DNA of 64,000 nt from Squalus acanthias (Eukaryota): positions 1,426,001 to 1,490,000 of the forward strand of contig JASTWF010000034.1 of assembly GCA_030390025.1 (NCBI GenBank). The letters run 5' to 3'. The position numbers and the translations under genes are program-made. This document shows, piece by piece, positions 51,110 to 63,246 of this stretch; positions within the stretch are counted from its first letter, which is position 1; each line of letters starts with the position of its first letter. The notes beneath the pieces were generated by a model. It made no database searches. It was not told the origin of the DNA and saw only the letters and a list, made by a program, of their open reading frames with translations.

Positions 51110-54100
51110 TTTAAAAAGGCTGTGTGACTGGTCCTGTCTCTTTAAAAAGCCTGTGTGACTGGTCCTGTCGCTTTAAAAAGCCTGTGTGAAAAATCCTGTC
51201 TCTTCAAAAAGCCTGTGTGACTGGTCCTGTCTCTTCAAAAAGCCTGTGTGAATGGTCCTGTCTCTTTAAAAAGCCTGTGTGACTGGTCCTGTCTCTATAG
51301 CAAGCCTATGTGACTGGTCCTGTCTCATTAAAAAGCCCGTGTGACTGGTTCTGTCTCATAAGAAAGCCTGTATGACTGGTCCTTGCTCTTTAAAAAGCCA
51401 ATGTGACTGGACCTGTCTCTTTAAAAAGCCTGTGTGAAAAAGCCTGTCTCTTCAAAAAGACTGTGTGACTCGTCCTGTCTCTTTAAAAAGCCTGTGTGAC
51501 TGGTCCTGCCTCTTTAAAAAGACTGTGTGACTGGTCCTGTCTCTTTAAAAAGCCTGTGTGACTGGTGCTGTCTCTTCCAAAAGCCTGTGTGATTGGTCCT
51601 GTCTGTTTAAAAAGCCTGTGTGACTGATCCTGTCTCTACAAAAAGCCTGTGTGACTGGTCCTGTCTCTTTAAAAAGCCTGTGTGACTGGTCCTGTCTCTT
51701 GAAAGAGCCTGTGTGACTGGTCCTGTCTCTTTAGAAAGCCTGTGTGAATGGTCCTGTCTCCATAGAAAGCATGTGTGACTGGTCCTGTCTCTTTAAAAAG
51801 CCTGTGTGACTGGTCCTGTCTCTTCAAAAAGCCTGTGTGACTGGCCCTGTCTCTCTAAAAAGCTTGTGTGACTGCCCTGTCTCTCTAAACAGCCTGTGTG
51901 ACTGTTCCTGTCTCTGTAAAAAGCCTGTGTGACTGGTCCTGTCTCTTTAAAAATCCTGTCTGAGTGGCCCTGTCTCTTTAGAAAGCCTGTGTGAATGGTC
52001 CTGTCTCTATAGAAAGCGTGTGTGACTGGTCCCGTGTCTTTAAAAAGCCTTTTGTGACTGGTCCTGTCTCTCTAAAAAGCCTGTGTGACTCGTCCTGTCG
52101 CTTCAAAAAGCTTGTGTGACTGGTCCTGTCTCTTTAAAAAGCCTGTGTGACTCGTCCTGTCTCTATAAAAAGCCGTTGTGACTGGGCTTGTCTCTTTAAA
52201 AAGCCTGTGTGACTGGTCCTGTCTCTTCAAAAAGCCTGTGTGAGTGGTTCTGTCAATTTCGAAAGCCTGTGTGAGTGGCCCTGTCTCTTTAAAAAGCCTG
52301 TGTGACTGGTCCTGTCTCTTTAAAAAGCCTGGGTGACTGGTCCTGTTTCTTTAAAAAGCCTGTGTGAATGGTCCTGTCTCTTTAAAAAGCCTGTGTGACT
52401 GGTGCTGTCTCTTTAAAAAGCCTGTGTGGTTGGTCCTGTCTCTTGAAAAAGCCTGTGTGACTGGTCCTGTCTCTCTAAAAAGCCTGTGTGACTGGTGCTG
52501 TCTCTTTAAAATGCCTGCGTGACTGGAGCTGTCTCTTCAAAAAGCCTGTGTGACTGGTCCTGTCTCTTTAAAAAGCCTGTGTGAGTGGCCCTGTTTCATT
52601 AGAAAGCCTGTGTGACTGGCCCTGTCTCTTTAAAAAGCCTGTGTGACTGGTCCTGTCTCTTTAAATATCCTGTGTGAGTGGCCCTGTTTCATTAGAAAGC
52701 CTGTGTGTCTTGTCATGTCTCTATAGAAAGCCTGTGTGACTGGTCCTGTGTCTTTAAAAAGCCTTTTGTGACTGGTCCTGTCTCTTCAAAAAGCCGATGT
52801 GACTGGGCTTGTCTCTTCAAAAAGCTTGTGTGACTGCCCTGTCTCTCAAAGCCTGTGTGACTCGTCCTGTCTCTATAAAAAGCCGTTGTGACTGGTCCTG
52901 TCTCTCTAAAAAGCCTGCGTGACTGGTCCTGTCTCTTTAAAAAGCCTGCGTGAGTGGCCCTGTCTCTTTAGAAAGCCTGTATGACTGGTCATGTCTCTTT
53001 AAAAAGAGTGTGTGAGTGGCCCTGTCTCTTTAAAAAGCCTGTGTGACTTGTCCTGTTTCTTTAAAAAGCCTGTGTGAATGGTCCTCTCTCTTTTAAAAGC
53101 ATGTGTGACTGCCCTGTCTCTCTAAAAAGCCTGTGTGACTGGTGCTGTCTCTTTAAAAAGCCTGTGTGGTTGGTCCTGTCTCTTGAAAAAGCCTGTGTGA
53201 CTGGTGCTGTCTCTTTAAAATGCCTGCGTGACTGGACCTGTCTCTTCAAAAAGCCTGTGTGACTGTTCCTGTCTCTCTAAAAAGCCTGCGTGACTTGTCC
53301 TGTCTCTTCAAAAAGCCTGTCTGTCTGGCCCTGTCTCTCTAAAAGCCTATGTGACTCGTCCTGTCTCTATAAAAAGCCTGTGTGACTGGACCGGTCTCTC
53401 TAAAAAGCCTGCGTGACTGGTCCTGTCTCTTTAAAAAGCCTGTGTGACTGTACCTGTCTCTTTAAAAAGCCTGTGTGAGTGGCCCTGTCTCTTTAAAAAG
53501 CCTGTGTGAATGGTCCTGTCTCTTCAAAAAGCATGTGTAAATGGTCCTGTCTCTTCAAAAAGCCTGTGTGAATGGTCCTGTCTCTTCAAAAAGCCTGTGT
53601 GACTGGTCCTGTCTCTTTAAAAAGCATGTGTGACTGGTCCTGTTTCTTTAAAAAGCCTGTGTGAATGGTCCTGTCTCTTTTAAAAGCATGTGTGAGTGGT
53701 CCTTTCTCTTCAAAAAGCCTGTGTGACTGGTCCTGTCTCTCTAAAAAGCCTGCGTGACTTGTCCTGTCTCTTCAAAAAGCCTGTGTGACTGGACCTGTCT
53801 CTTTAAAAAGCCTGTGTGACTGGTCCTGTCTCTCTAAAAAGCCTGCGTGACTTGTCCCGTCTCTTCAAAAAGCCTGTCTGTCTGGCCCTGTCTCTCTAAA
53901 AGCCTATGTGACTCGTCCTGTCTCTATAAAAAGCCGTTGTGACTGGTCCTGTCTCTCTAAAAAGCCTGCGTGACTTGTCCTGTCTCTTCAAAAAGCCTGT
54001 GTGAATGGACCTGTCTCTTTAAAAAGCCTGTGTGACTGGTCCTGTCTCTTCAAAAAGCCTGTGTGACTGGACCTGTCTCTTTAAAAAGCCTGGGTGACTG

Positions 54101-57100
54101 GTCCTGTCTCTCTAAAATGCCTGCGTGACTGATCCTGTCTCTTTTTAAAGCCTGTGTGACTGGCCTTGTCTCTTTAAAAAGCCTGTGTGACTGCCCTGTC
54201 TCTCTAAAAGCCTGTGTGACTCGTCCTGTCTCTATAAAAAGCCGTTGTGACTGGTCCTGTCTCACTAAAAAGCCTGCGTGACTGGTCCTGTCTCTTTAAA
54301 AAGCCTGTGTGACTGTACCTGTCTCTTTAAAAAGCCTGTGTGAGTGGCCCTGTCTCTTTAGAAAGCCTGTATGACTGGTCCTGTCTCTTCAAAAAGCCTG
54401 TGTGAATGATCCTGTCTCTTCAAAAAGCATGTGTAAATGGTCCTGTCTCTTCAAAAAGCCTGTGTGAATGGTCCTGTCTCTTCAAAAAGCCTGTGTGACT
54501 GGTCCTGTCTCTTCAAAAAGCCTATGTGAATGGTCCTGTCTCTTCAAAAAGCCTGTGTAAACGGTCCTGTCTCTTCAAAAAGCCTGTGTGACTGGTCCTG
54601 TCTCTTTAAAAAGCCTGTGTGACTGGTCCTGTCTCTTTGGAAAGCCTGTGTGACTGGTGCTGTCTCTTTAAAAAGCCTGTGTGGCTGATCCTGTCTCTTC
54701 AAAAAGCCTGTGTGACTGGTCCTGTCTCTTCAAAAACCTGTGTGACTGATCCTGTCTTTTTAAAAAGCCTGTGTGACTGGCCCTGTCTCTTTAAAAAGCC
54801 GTTGTGACTGGACCTGTCTCTTTAAAAAGCCGTTGTGACTGGACCTGTCTCTTTAAAAAGCCTGTGTGACTGTTGCTGTCTCTACAAAAAGCCGTTGTGA
54901 CTGGTCCTGTCTCTTTAGAAAGCCTGTGTGACTGGCCCTGTCTCTTTAAAAAGCCTGTGTGACTGGTCCTGTCTCTATAGAAAGCCTGCGTGATGGGTAC
55001 TGTGTCTTTAAAAAGACTTTTGTGACTGGTCCTGTCTGTTTAAAAAGCCAATGTGAGTGGCCCTGTCTCTCTAAAAAGCCTGTGTGACTGGTCCTGTCTC
55101 TTCAAAAAGACTGTGACTGGTCCTGTCTCTTTAAAAAGCCTGTGTGACTGGTCCTGTCTCTTCAAAAAGCCTGTTTGAGTGGTTCTGTAAATTTAGAAAG
55201 CCTGTGTGACTGGTGCTGTCTCTTTAAGAAGCCTGTGTGATTGGTCCTGTCTCTTTAAAAAGCCTGTGTGACTGGTCCTGTCTCTTTAAAAAGCTGCGTG
55301 ACTGTTCCTGTCTCTTTAAAAAGCCTGTGTGACTGGTCCTGTATCTTTAAAAAGCCTGTGTGACTGGTCCACCTCTTCAAAAAGCCTGCGTGACTGATCC
55401 TGTCTCTTTGAAAAGCCTGTGTGACTGGTGCTGTCTCTTTAAAAAGCCTGTGCGGTTGGTCCTGTCTCTTTAAAAAGCCAGTGTGAGTGGCCCTGTTTCA
55501 TTAGAAAGCCTGTGTGACTGGTCCTGTCTCTTCAAAAAGCCTGTGTGACTGATCCTGTCTCTTCAAAAAGCCTGTCTGGTTGGTCCTGTCTCTCTAAAAA
55601 GCCTGCGTGACTGGTCCTGTCTCTTTAGAATGCCTGTGTGACTGGTCCTGTCTCTTTAGAAAGCCTGTGTGACTGGTGCTGTCTCTTTAGAAAGCCTGTA
55701 TGACTGGTCATGTCTCTTTAAAAAGCCTGTGTGACTGGTCCTGTCTCTTTAAAAAGCCTGTGTGACTGGTCCTGTCTCTTTGAAAAGCCTGTGTGACTGG
55801 TGCTGTCTCTTTAAAAAGCCAGTGTGGTTGGTCCTGTCTCTTTAAAAAGCCAGTGTGAGTGGCCCTGTTTCATTAGAAAGCCTGTGTGACTGGACATGTC
55901 TCTTTAAAAAGACTGTGTGACTCATCCTGTCTCTTTAAAAAGCCTGTGTGACTGATCCTGTATCTTCAAAAAGCCTGTGTGATTGGACCTGTCTCTTTAA
56001 AAAGACTGTGTGACTGGTCCTCTCTCTCTAAAAAGCCTGTGTGACTCGTCCTGTCTCTTCAAAAAGCCTGTGTGAGTGGCCCTGTCTCTCTAAAAAGCCT
56101 GTGTGACTGGTCCTGTCTCTATAGAAAGCGTGTGTGACTGGTCCTGTCTCTTTAGAAAGCCTGCGTGACTGATCCTGTCTCTTCTAAAAGCCTGTGTGAC
56201 TGGTCCTGTCTCTTCAAAAGCTTGTGTGACTGGTCCTGTCTCTTCAAAAAGCCTGTGTCACTGGTGCTGTCTCTTTAAAAAGCCTGTGTGACTGTTCCTT
56301 GCTCTTTAAAATCCAGTGTGAGTGGTCCTGTCTCTTCTAAAAGCCTGTGTGAATCGTCCTGTCTCTTCAAAAAGCCGATGTGACTGGTCCTGTCTCTTCA
56401 AAAAGCCGATGTGACTGGTCCTGTCTCTTTAGAAAGTCTCTGTGACTGGTCCTGTCTCTTCAAAAAGCCTGTGTGACTGGTCCTGTCTCTTCCAAAAGCC
56501 TGTGTGACTGGCCCTGTCTCTCTAAAATGCCTGTGTGACTGGTCCTGTCTCTTTAAAAAGCCTGAGTGACTGGACCTGTCTCTTTAAAAAGCCTGTGTGA
56601 CTGGTCCTGTCTCTTTAAAAAGTCTGTGTGAATGGTCCTGTCTCTTTAAAAAGCCTGTGTGATTGGTCCTGTCTCTTTAAAAAGCCTGTGTGACTGGTCC
56701 TGTCTCTTTAAAAAGCCTGTGTGACTGGTCCTGTCTCTCTAAAAAGGCTGTGTGACTGGACCTGTCTCTTTAAAAAGCCTGTGTGACTGGTCCTGTCTCT
56801 ATAAAAAGCCGCTGTGACTGGGCCTGTGTCTTTAAAAAGCCTGTGTGACTGTTCCTGTCTCCATTAAAAAGCCTGTGTGAATGGTCCTGTCTCTTCAAAA
56901 ATCCTGTGTGACTGGTGCTGTCTCTTTCGAAAGCCTGAGTGACTGGTCCTGTCTCCTGAGAAAGCCTGTATGACTGGTCCTGTCTCATTAGAAAGCCTGT
57001 GTGACTAGTCCTGTCTCTTTTAAAAGCCTGTGTGACTGCCCGGTCTCTCTAAAATGCCTGCGTGACTGGTCCTGTCTCTTTAAAAAGCCTGAGTGACTGG

Positions 57101-57383
57101 TCCTGTCTCTTTAAAAAGCCTGTGTGAATGGTCCTGTCTCTTCAAAAAGCCTGTGTGACTGGTCCTGTCTCTTCAAAAGCCTGTGTGACTGGCCCTGTCT
57201 CTTTTAAAAGCCTGTGTGACTGCCCTGTCTCTCTAAAATGCCTGCGTGTCTGGTCCTGTCTCTTTAAAAAGCCTGAGTGACTGGTCCTGTCTCTCTAAAA
57301 GACCGTTGTGACTGGACCTGTCTCTTTAAAAAGCCTGTGTGACTGGTCCTGTCTCTTTAAAAAGCCTGGGTGAATGGTCCTGT
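51110..57383. repeat. 31-bp satellite (AAAAAGCCTGTGTGACTGGTCCTGTCTCTTT)n, ~6.3 kb
   Basis: Uninterrupted array of about 200 units. Confidence 0.97.
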
Positions 57384-57659
57384 AGCGATGGCTGTTAAAG
57401 CAGACGGAGTCCTTGGCTTTACAAACAGAGTCACAGAGTAACAAAATCCAGGTAGAAATGCTAACCTTTTAAAAATCATTGGTTAGACCCCAGCTGGAGT
57501 ATTGTGTCCAATTCGGAGCACCACACTTTGGCAAGCATGTCAAGGATGAGAGAAGGTGTAGAGGAGATTTATCGGTATGGCACCAGGGATCTGGGACTTG
57601 AATTACGTGGAGAGACAGAAGAAGCTGGGATTGTTCATTTGAGAGCAGCGAAGGTTGAG

Positions 57660-59880
57660 AATCACAGAATCGCAGAATCATCGAAATTTACGGCACAGAA
57701 GCAGGCCATTTGGCCCATTGTGTCATCTGTGGTCGAAATAAAGCTCTGCACCCTAATCCCACTTTCTAGCTCTTGGTCCTTAGCCCTGTAGGTTAACAGC
57801 ATTTCAAGTGCATATCCAAGTACGTTTTAAACGTGATGAGGGTTTCTGCCTCGACCACACTTTCAGGCCGTGAGTTTCAGACCCCCACACCCCTCTGGGT
57901 GAAAACATTTCTCCCCATCTCCCCTCTAATCCTTCTACCAATTAATTTAAATCTATGACCCCCGGTTATTGACCTCCCTGTCAGGGCAAATAGTTCCTCC
58001 CTATTGACTCTAGCTAGGCCTCTCATAATTTTATACACCTCAATTAAATCTTCCCTCAGCCTCCTCTGTTCCAAAGTAAACAACCCCAGGCTATCCAATC
58101 TTTCCTCATAGCTAAAATTATCCAGTCCTGGCAACATCCACGTAAATCTCCTCTATAATGTCTCTCATGCAATCACATCGTTCCTGCAATGTGGTGACCA
58201 GAACTTTACACAGTATTCTAGCAGTGGCCTAACTAGTGTTTTATACAGTTCTAACATAACCTCCCTGCTTTTATATCCTATGCCTCGGCTAATAAAGCAA
58301 CGTATCCCACATGCCTTCTTAACCACCCTATCTATATGTCCTGATATATTTATAGATATGTGGAAATGTACTCCAAGTTCCCTCTGTTCCACTGCACCTC
58401 TCAGTATCCTACCATTTATTGTGTATGCCCTCTTTTTTAGTCCTCCACCAATCCATTACCTCACACTTCTCCGAATTGAAGTCAATTTGCCACTGTTCTG
58501 CCCACCGGACCAGTCCATTGATATCTTATTGCAGTCTACAGCTTTCTTCCTCACTATCAACCACACGGCCAATTTTGTATCATGTGCAAATTTCTTCATC
58601 ATGGCCCTAGGTTGAAGTGTAAATCATTAATATATACCACAAATAGCAGGGGACCTCGTACTGAGCCCTGTGGAACCCCACTGGAAACAACCTTCCAGTC
58701 ACAAAGAACACCCGTTGACCATTACGACCTTTGCTTCCTGCCACTGAGCCAATTTTGGATCCAACTTGCCACTTTCCCTTGGATCCAATGACCAACCTGT
58801 CATGTGGGAACTTGTCAAAGGCCTTACTAATATCTACGTGGACTACATCAAATGCACTCCCCTCATCGACCCTCCTCATTACCTCCTCACAAAATTCAAT
58901 CCAGTTACTCAGACACGACCTTCCCTTAACATTACCATGCTGACTGTCCTTGATTAATCTGAGCCTTTCTAAATGCCGATTTATACTGCCCCTCAGAATT
59001 ATTCAATATTTTTTTCCACAATCAAGGTTAGACTGACTGCCCTGTAATTACTCGGTCTATCCCTTTCTCCCTTTTTAAACAATGGTACAACGTTAGCAGT
59101 CCTCCAGTCCTCTGGCATCATGCCTGTAGCCAGAGAGGATTGGAAAATGATGGTCTGAGCCTCCGCTATTTCCTCCCTTAAAAGCCTGGGATACATTTCA
59201 TCCGAGCCTCGTGATTTATCTACTTTCAAAGATGCTAAACACCTTAATGTTTCCTCTCTCACTATCTTTGTCTCATCTAATATTTCACACTGCTCCTCCT
59301 TAACTACAATGTCTGCATCGTCTCACTCTTCTGTGCAGACAGACACAAAGTATTTATTAAGAACCATATCCACGTCTTCCGCCTCTACACACAGATTAAC
59401 TTTTTGGTCTATAATAGGCCAGACTCTTTCCTTAGTTATCCTCTTGCTCTTGATGTATGTATAAAATATCTTTGGGTTTTCCTTGATTTTCCTTGCCAAT
59501 ATTTTTTCATGCCATCTCTTTGCTTTCCTAATTTCCTTTTTAATTTCACCCCTGCACTTTCTATACCCCTCTAGGCTTTCTGTAGTATTGAGCTCTCGGT
59601 ATCTGACGAAAGCTTCCCTTTTTGTTCCCTTATCCTACCCTGTATTCCCCTTGACATCCAGGGGACTCTAGATTTGGAAGTCCCATCCTTTATCTTTGTG
59701 GGAACATATTTGCTCTGAGCCCTCACTATCTCCTCGTTGAATGCTTCCCACGGCTCTGCACTGATTTCCAATTAAGAAGCTGTTTCCAGTCCACTTTTCC
59801 TAAATTACAACTCAGCTGAGTAAATTTGGCCTTTCCCCAATTGAAAACTTTTAAACCTGGTCTTTCTTTGTACTTTTCCA
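57660..59880 (-). mobile_element. CR1 LINE (most of ORF2 plus tail), disrupted; short plus-strand CR1 pieces flank it at 57385-57660 and 59885-60250
   Basis: [56 protein letters not shown]. Confidence 0.9.
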
Positions 59881-60429
59881 TTAGGGAAGATTTAATATAG
59901 ATATTCCAGATTGTAATGGGTTTTGATAGAGTAAGTAAGTCGGTTTCCAGAGGCAGAATGGTGAGTAACCAGAGGAAACAAATTTAATGTAATTGTCAAA
60001 AGAACCAGAGGATGGATGAGAATTTTCTTTACGCAGTGAGTTTTGATCTAGAATGCACTGAGTGAGAACGTGGTGGAAGCAGATTCAATAGTAACTTTCG
60101 AAAGGGAATGGGGTAATTAGATGAAGGGGAATTTTTTATGGGTCTCTGATTAAAGAGTAGGACTGAATTGATAACTCTTTCAAAGAGACGGCACGGACAC
60201 GATGGGCCGAATGGTCTCTGTATGTGATGTACCGTTCTATGATTCTATGAGCAAGAGACAGAGAGAGAGAGAAGAGGGAGAGAGAGCACAGAGTGAGAGA
60301 GAAGAGGGGTAGAGAGAGATAAAGGGAGAAAGAGAGAAATAAAAATAGAGACTGAAAGACAGGGAGAGGTACAGAGGGAAAGAAATTAACTTTAAAAGGG
60401 GAATTGGATAAATACCTGAAGGGGAACAA

Positions 60430-60955
60430 TTTGCAGGACTATGGGAAAAGAGCAAGGGAATGGGACTAATTGCAGGGGTGAGGCCATGGTGGGATTTGAA
60501 CATGAGGAGGAGAATATTTAAATCGAGTTGTTGCCGGATCGGCAGCCAATGTTGGTCAGTGATCACAGGGGTGATGGGTGAACGGGACATGATGTGTGTT
60601 AGGATAGGGGCAGCAGAGTTTTGGATGAGCTCTAGTTTACGGAGGCTTGTTACTGGGAGGCCGGCCAGGAGAGCATTGGAATAGTCGAGTCTGGATTTAA
60701 CAAAGGTACGGATGAGGGTTTATGCAGCGGAAGGGCTGAGGTGGAGTGGAGATGGGTGTAATTTTGGGGGTGGCAGTCGGCAGGACTGGTGATTCAGAAG
60801 ATATGAGTTCGGAACTCAGCTCAGGGACAAAGAGATCGCAGAGTTTGCAAACAGCCTGGTTCAGCCTCAGACATTGACCAGGGAGGGGACTGAATCGGTA
60901 GATGGAGAATGGAGTTTGTGACGAGGACCGAAGACAATGGCTTCGCTCTTCCCAA
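60430..60955 (-). mobile_element. L2-type LINE fragment
   Basis: SRSPITPVITDQHWLPIRQQLDLNILLLMFKSHHGLTP (the L2 HITP.L..LHWLP motif). Confidence 0.75.
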
Positions 60956-60959
60956 GATT

Positions 60960-61250
60960 TAAATGACAAAAACAGTAATTCAGTGAAACGTGGTTTACAG
61001 ACCCAATTTCTGGATATAGAGACTTATCAAGGACACCAACAGCAGCAAAGAATGAAGAATAGTAATACAGTTAGCAAAGGTTTGCAGATTTAATAGCTGG
61101 ATAGAGAGACTTACCTTGAACAACAATCGCACCAAGGAGGGGAGAGTAAATGACACGAACAGTAATACAGTAAAACATGGTTAACAGAATAGCTGGATAG
61201 AGAGACTTACCAGGAACACCAACAGCAGCAAGAAGGGGATAGTAAATGTA
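60960..61250 (-). repeat. Degenerate ~90-96 bp tandem repeat of the GPCR exon 1b 3' end and splice donor
   Basis: YPLLAAVGVP|gtaagtctctctatccagctatt recurs as SPLLGAIVVQ|gtaagtctctctatccagctatt (61115) and AAVGVL|ataagtctctatatccag (~61027). Confidence 0.8.
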
Positions 61251-61391
61251 TTGAATAATCCGAAATGCCAACTCTATCCGAACGTCCAATGAAATCCAAT
61301 CATAATGTTCTGAAAGATAGTCAAACTGCCAGCTGAAACTCCTGCCCATTGTTGTAACATTCCAATCTACTGTTGTCAGATTCTGATCCAT
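61211..61391 (-). CDS. GPR139-like GPCR first coding exon 1b (N-terminus and TM1 start)
   Basis: MDQNLTTVDWNVTTMGRSFSWQFDYLSEHYDWISLDVRIELAFRIIQYIYYPLLAAVGVP + G|GTAAGT; phase 1, 181 nt; sequons NLT and NVT. Confidence 0.82.
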
Positions 61392-61439
61392 TGTTGTAAC
61401 ATTCCAATCTACTGTTCTCAGATTCCGACTCCCTCTCTG

Positions 61440-61670
61440 TGGAGCAGCGCGCTGATCCCTGTCAGTGCCGGAGGTGATGCTCTCACTGACACTATGGGAT
61501 AACACATTGAAAGGAGTCCCTTATTAATAGAAGAGGGAAACCCTGCACTGATACAATTAGAGTCCATGGAGACTGACATTAATTACAGTCACTAAACAAA
61601 CAACTTCAGTTAACCCGTGGAGACTGACATTAATTACAGTCACTGAACAAACATCTTCAGTTAACCCCTT
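61440..61670 (-). promoter_or_regulatory. Putative 5'UTR/promoter of GPCR exon 1b
   Basis: TATTAATAAGG near 61519-61529; homologous to 45900-46070; 51-bp direct duplication at 61564-61666. Confidence 0.55.
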
Positions 61671-61699
61671 TCAATCCAACACTTTTTATACCACAGTAA

Positions 61700-62327
61700 A
61701 GTAGAACATTTACCCGGTCTGGATGGGATGTATGAGGATTGCTGAGGGAAGGAATGGTGGAAATAGCGCAGGCTCTGGTCAGAATATTTCAATCTCCTCG
61801 GATATGGGAGTGGTGCCAGAGGACAGGAGGGTTGCAAATGTTACACCCTGTTTAAAAAAAGAGAGGGATAAACCCTGTAACTGCAGGCCAGGCAGCCTAA
61901 CGTCAGTCGTGGGGAAACTTCTAGAGGCCATATTCACAGAGAAAAGTATCTGTCTTTGGAAAAAACTTGGATTAATAAATGACAACCAGCACGGATATGT
62001 TAACGGCAAAGTGTGTCTGACAAACTTGATTAAATTCTTTGATGAAGTAACGGAGAGGGTAGATGAGGGTAGTGCGGTTGATGTTGTGTATATGGACATC
62101 CAAAATGCATTTGATGAAGTACAATTGAATAGACTTGATAGGACCAAAGGGACAGTGGCAGTGGGGATCTGACATTGGCTAAGGGACAGAAAACCGAGAG
62201 TAGTGGTGAACGGTTGTTGTTCAGACTGGAGGGAAGTGTACAGTGGTATCCCCCAGGGGTCGCTATTCGGACCACTGCTCTTTTTGATATATATTAATGA
62301 TATAGACATATATATATATATACACAT

Positions 62328-62364
<37 letters not shown>

Positions 62365-62410
62365 GAGCGGGATAGTAGTAGGCTTCAGGAGGACATAGGC
62401 AGACTGGTGA
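61700..62410 (+). mobile_element. Decayed CR1 RT fragment with a (TA)n(CA)n microsatellite at 62305-62363
   Basis: [51 protein letters not shown]. Confidence 0.85.
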
Positions 62411-63220
62411 AATGAGCAAAGTGATGAAAGGTGCCGTCGACAGTGCTATTATGTGGCACTTACTCACTAATAACCTTCTCACTGATGCCCAGTTTGAGTT
62501 CCGCCAGGACCACTCGGCTCCAGACCTCATTACAGCATTGGTCCAAACATGGACAAAGGAGCTGAATTCCAGACGTGAGGAGAGAGTGACTGCCCTTGAC
62601 ATCAAGGCAGCATTGAACTGAGTGTTTCATCAAGGAGCCCCAGTAAAATTGTGGCAATGGAAAGCAGTGGGAAAACTCTCCACTGGCTCAAGTCATACCC
62701 GGCACAACAGAAGAGGGTTGTGGTTTTTGGAGGTCAATCATCACAGCCCCAGGACATCGCTGCAGCAGTACATCAGGGCAGTTTCCTCGGCCCAACCATC
62801 TTCAGCTACGTCATCAATGACCTTCCATTCATCATAAGGTCAGAAATTGGGATGTTCACTGATGACTGCACAGTGTTCAGCGCCATTCACAACTCCACAG
62901 ATAATGAAGCTGCCCATGACCGCATGCAGCAAGACCTGGACGACGTTCAGGCTTGGGCTGATAAGTGGCAGGCAATAACTATCTCCAACAAGAGCCACAT
63001 CCCCTTGACATTAAATGGGATTAGCAACGCCAAATCCGCCATCATCAATATCCTGTGTGTCACCATTGACCAGAATCTTAACTGGACCAGCCAGATAAAT
63101 ACTGTGGCTAACAGAGCAGGTCAAGGCTGGGTATTCTGCGGCGAGTGTATCACCTCCTGACTCCCCAAATCCTTTCCACCATCTACAAGGCACAAGTCAG
63201 GAGTGTGATGGAATACTATC
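62411..63220 (+). mobile_element. LINE (L2/CR1 group) RT fragment
   Basis: LLTDAQFEFRQDHSAPDL..ALDIKAA..VHQGSFLGPTIFSYVINDLP..MFTDDCT..IYKAQVRSVMEY. Confidence 0.85.
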
Positions 63221-63246
63221 CAGGGGGAGCCAGTAGATGTGGTGGT

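Noticed and set aside
51110..57383. CRISPR-like array (31-bp unit)
   Set aside because: Units are head to tail with no unique spacers, there are no cas genes, and the context is eukaryotic.
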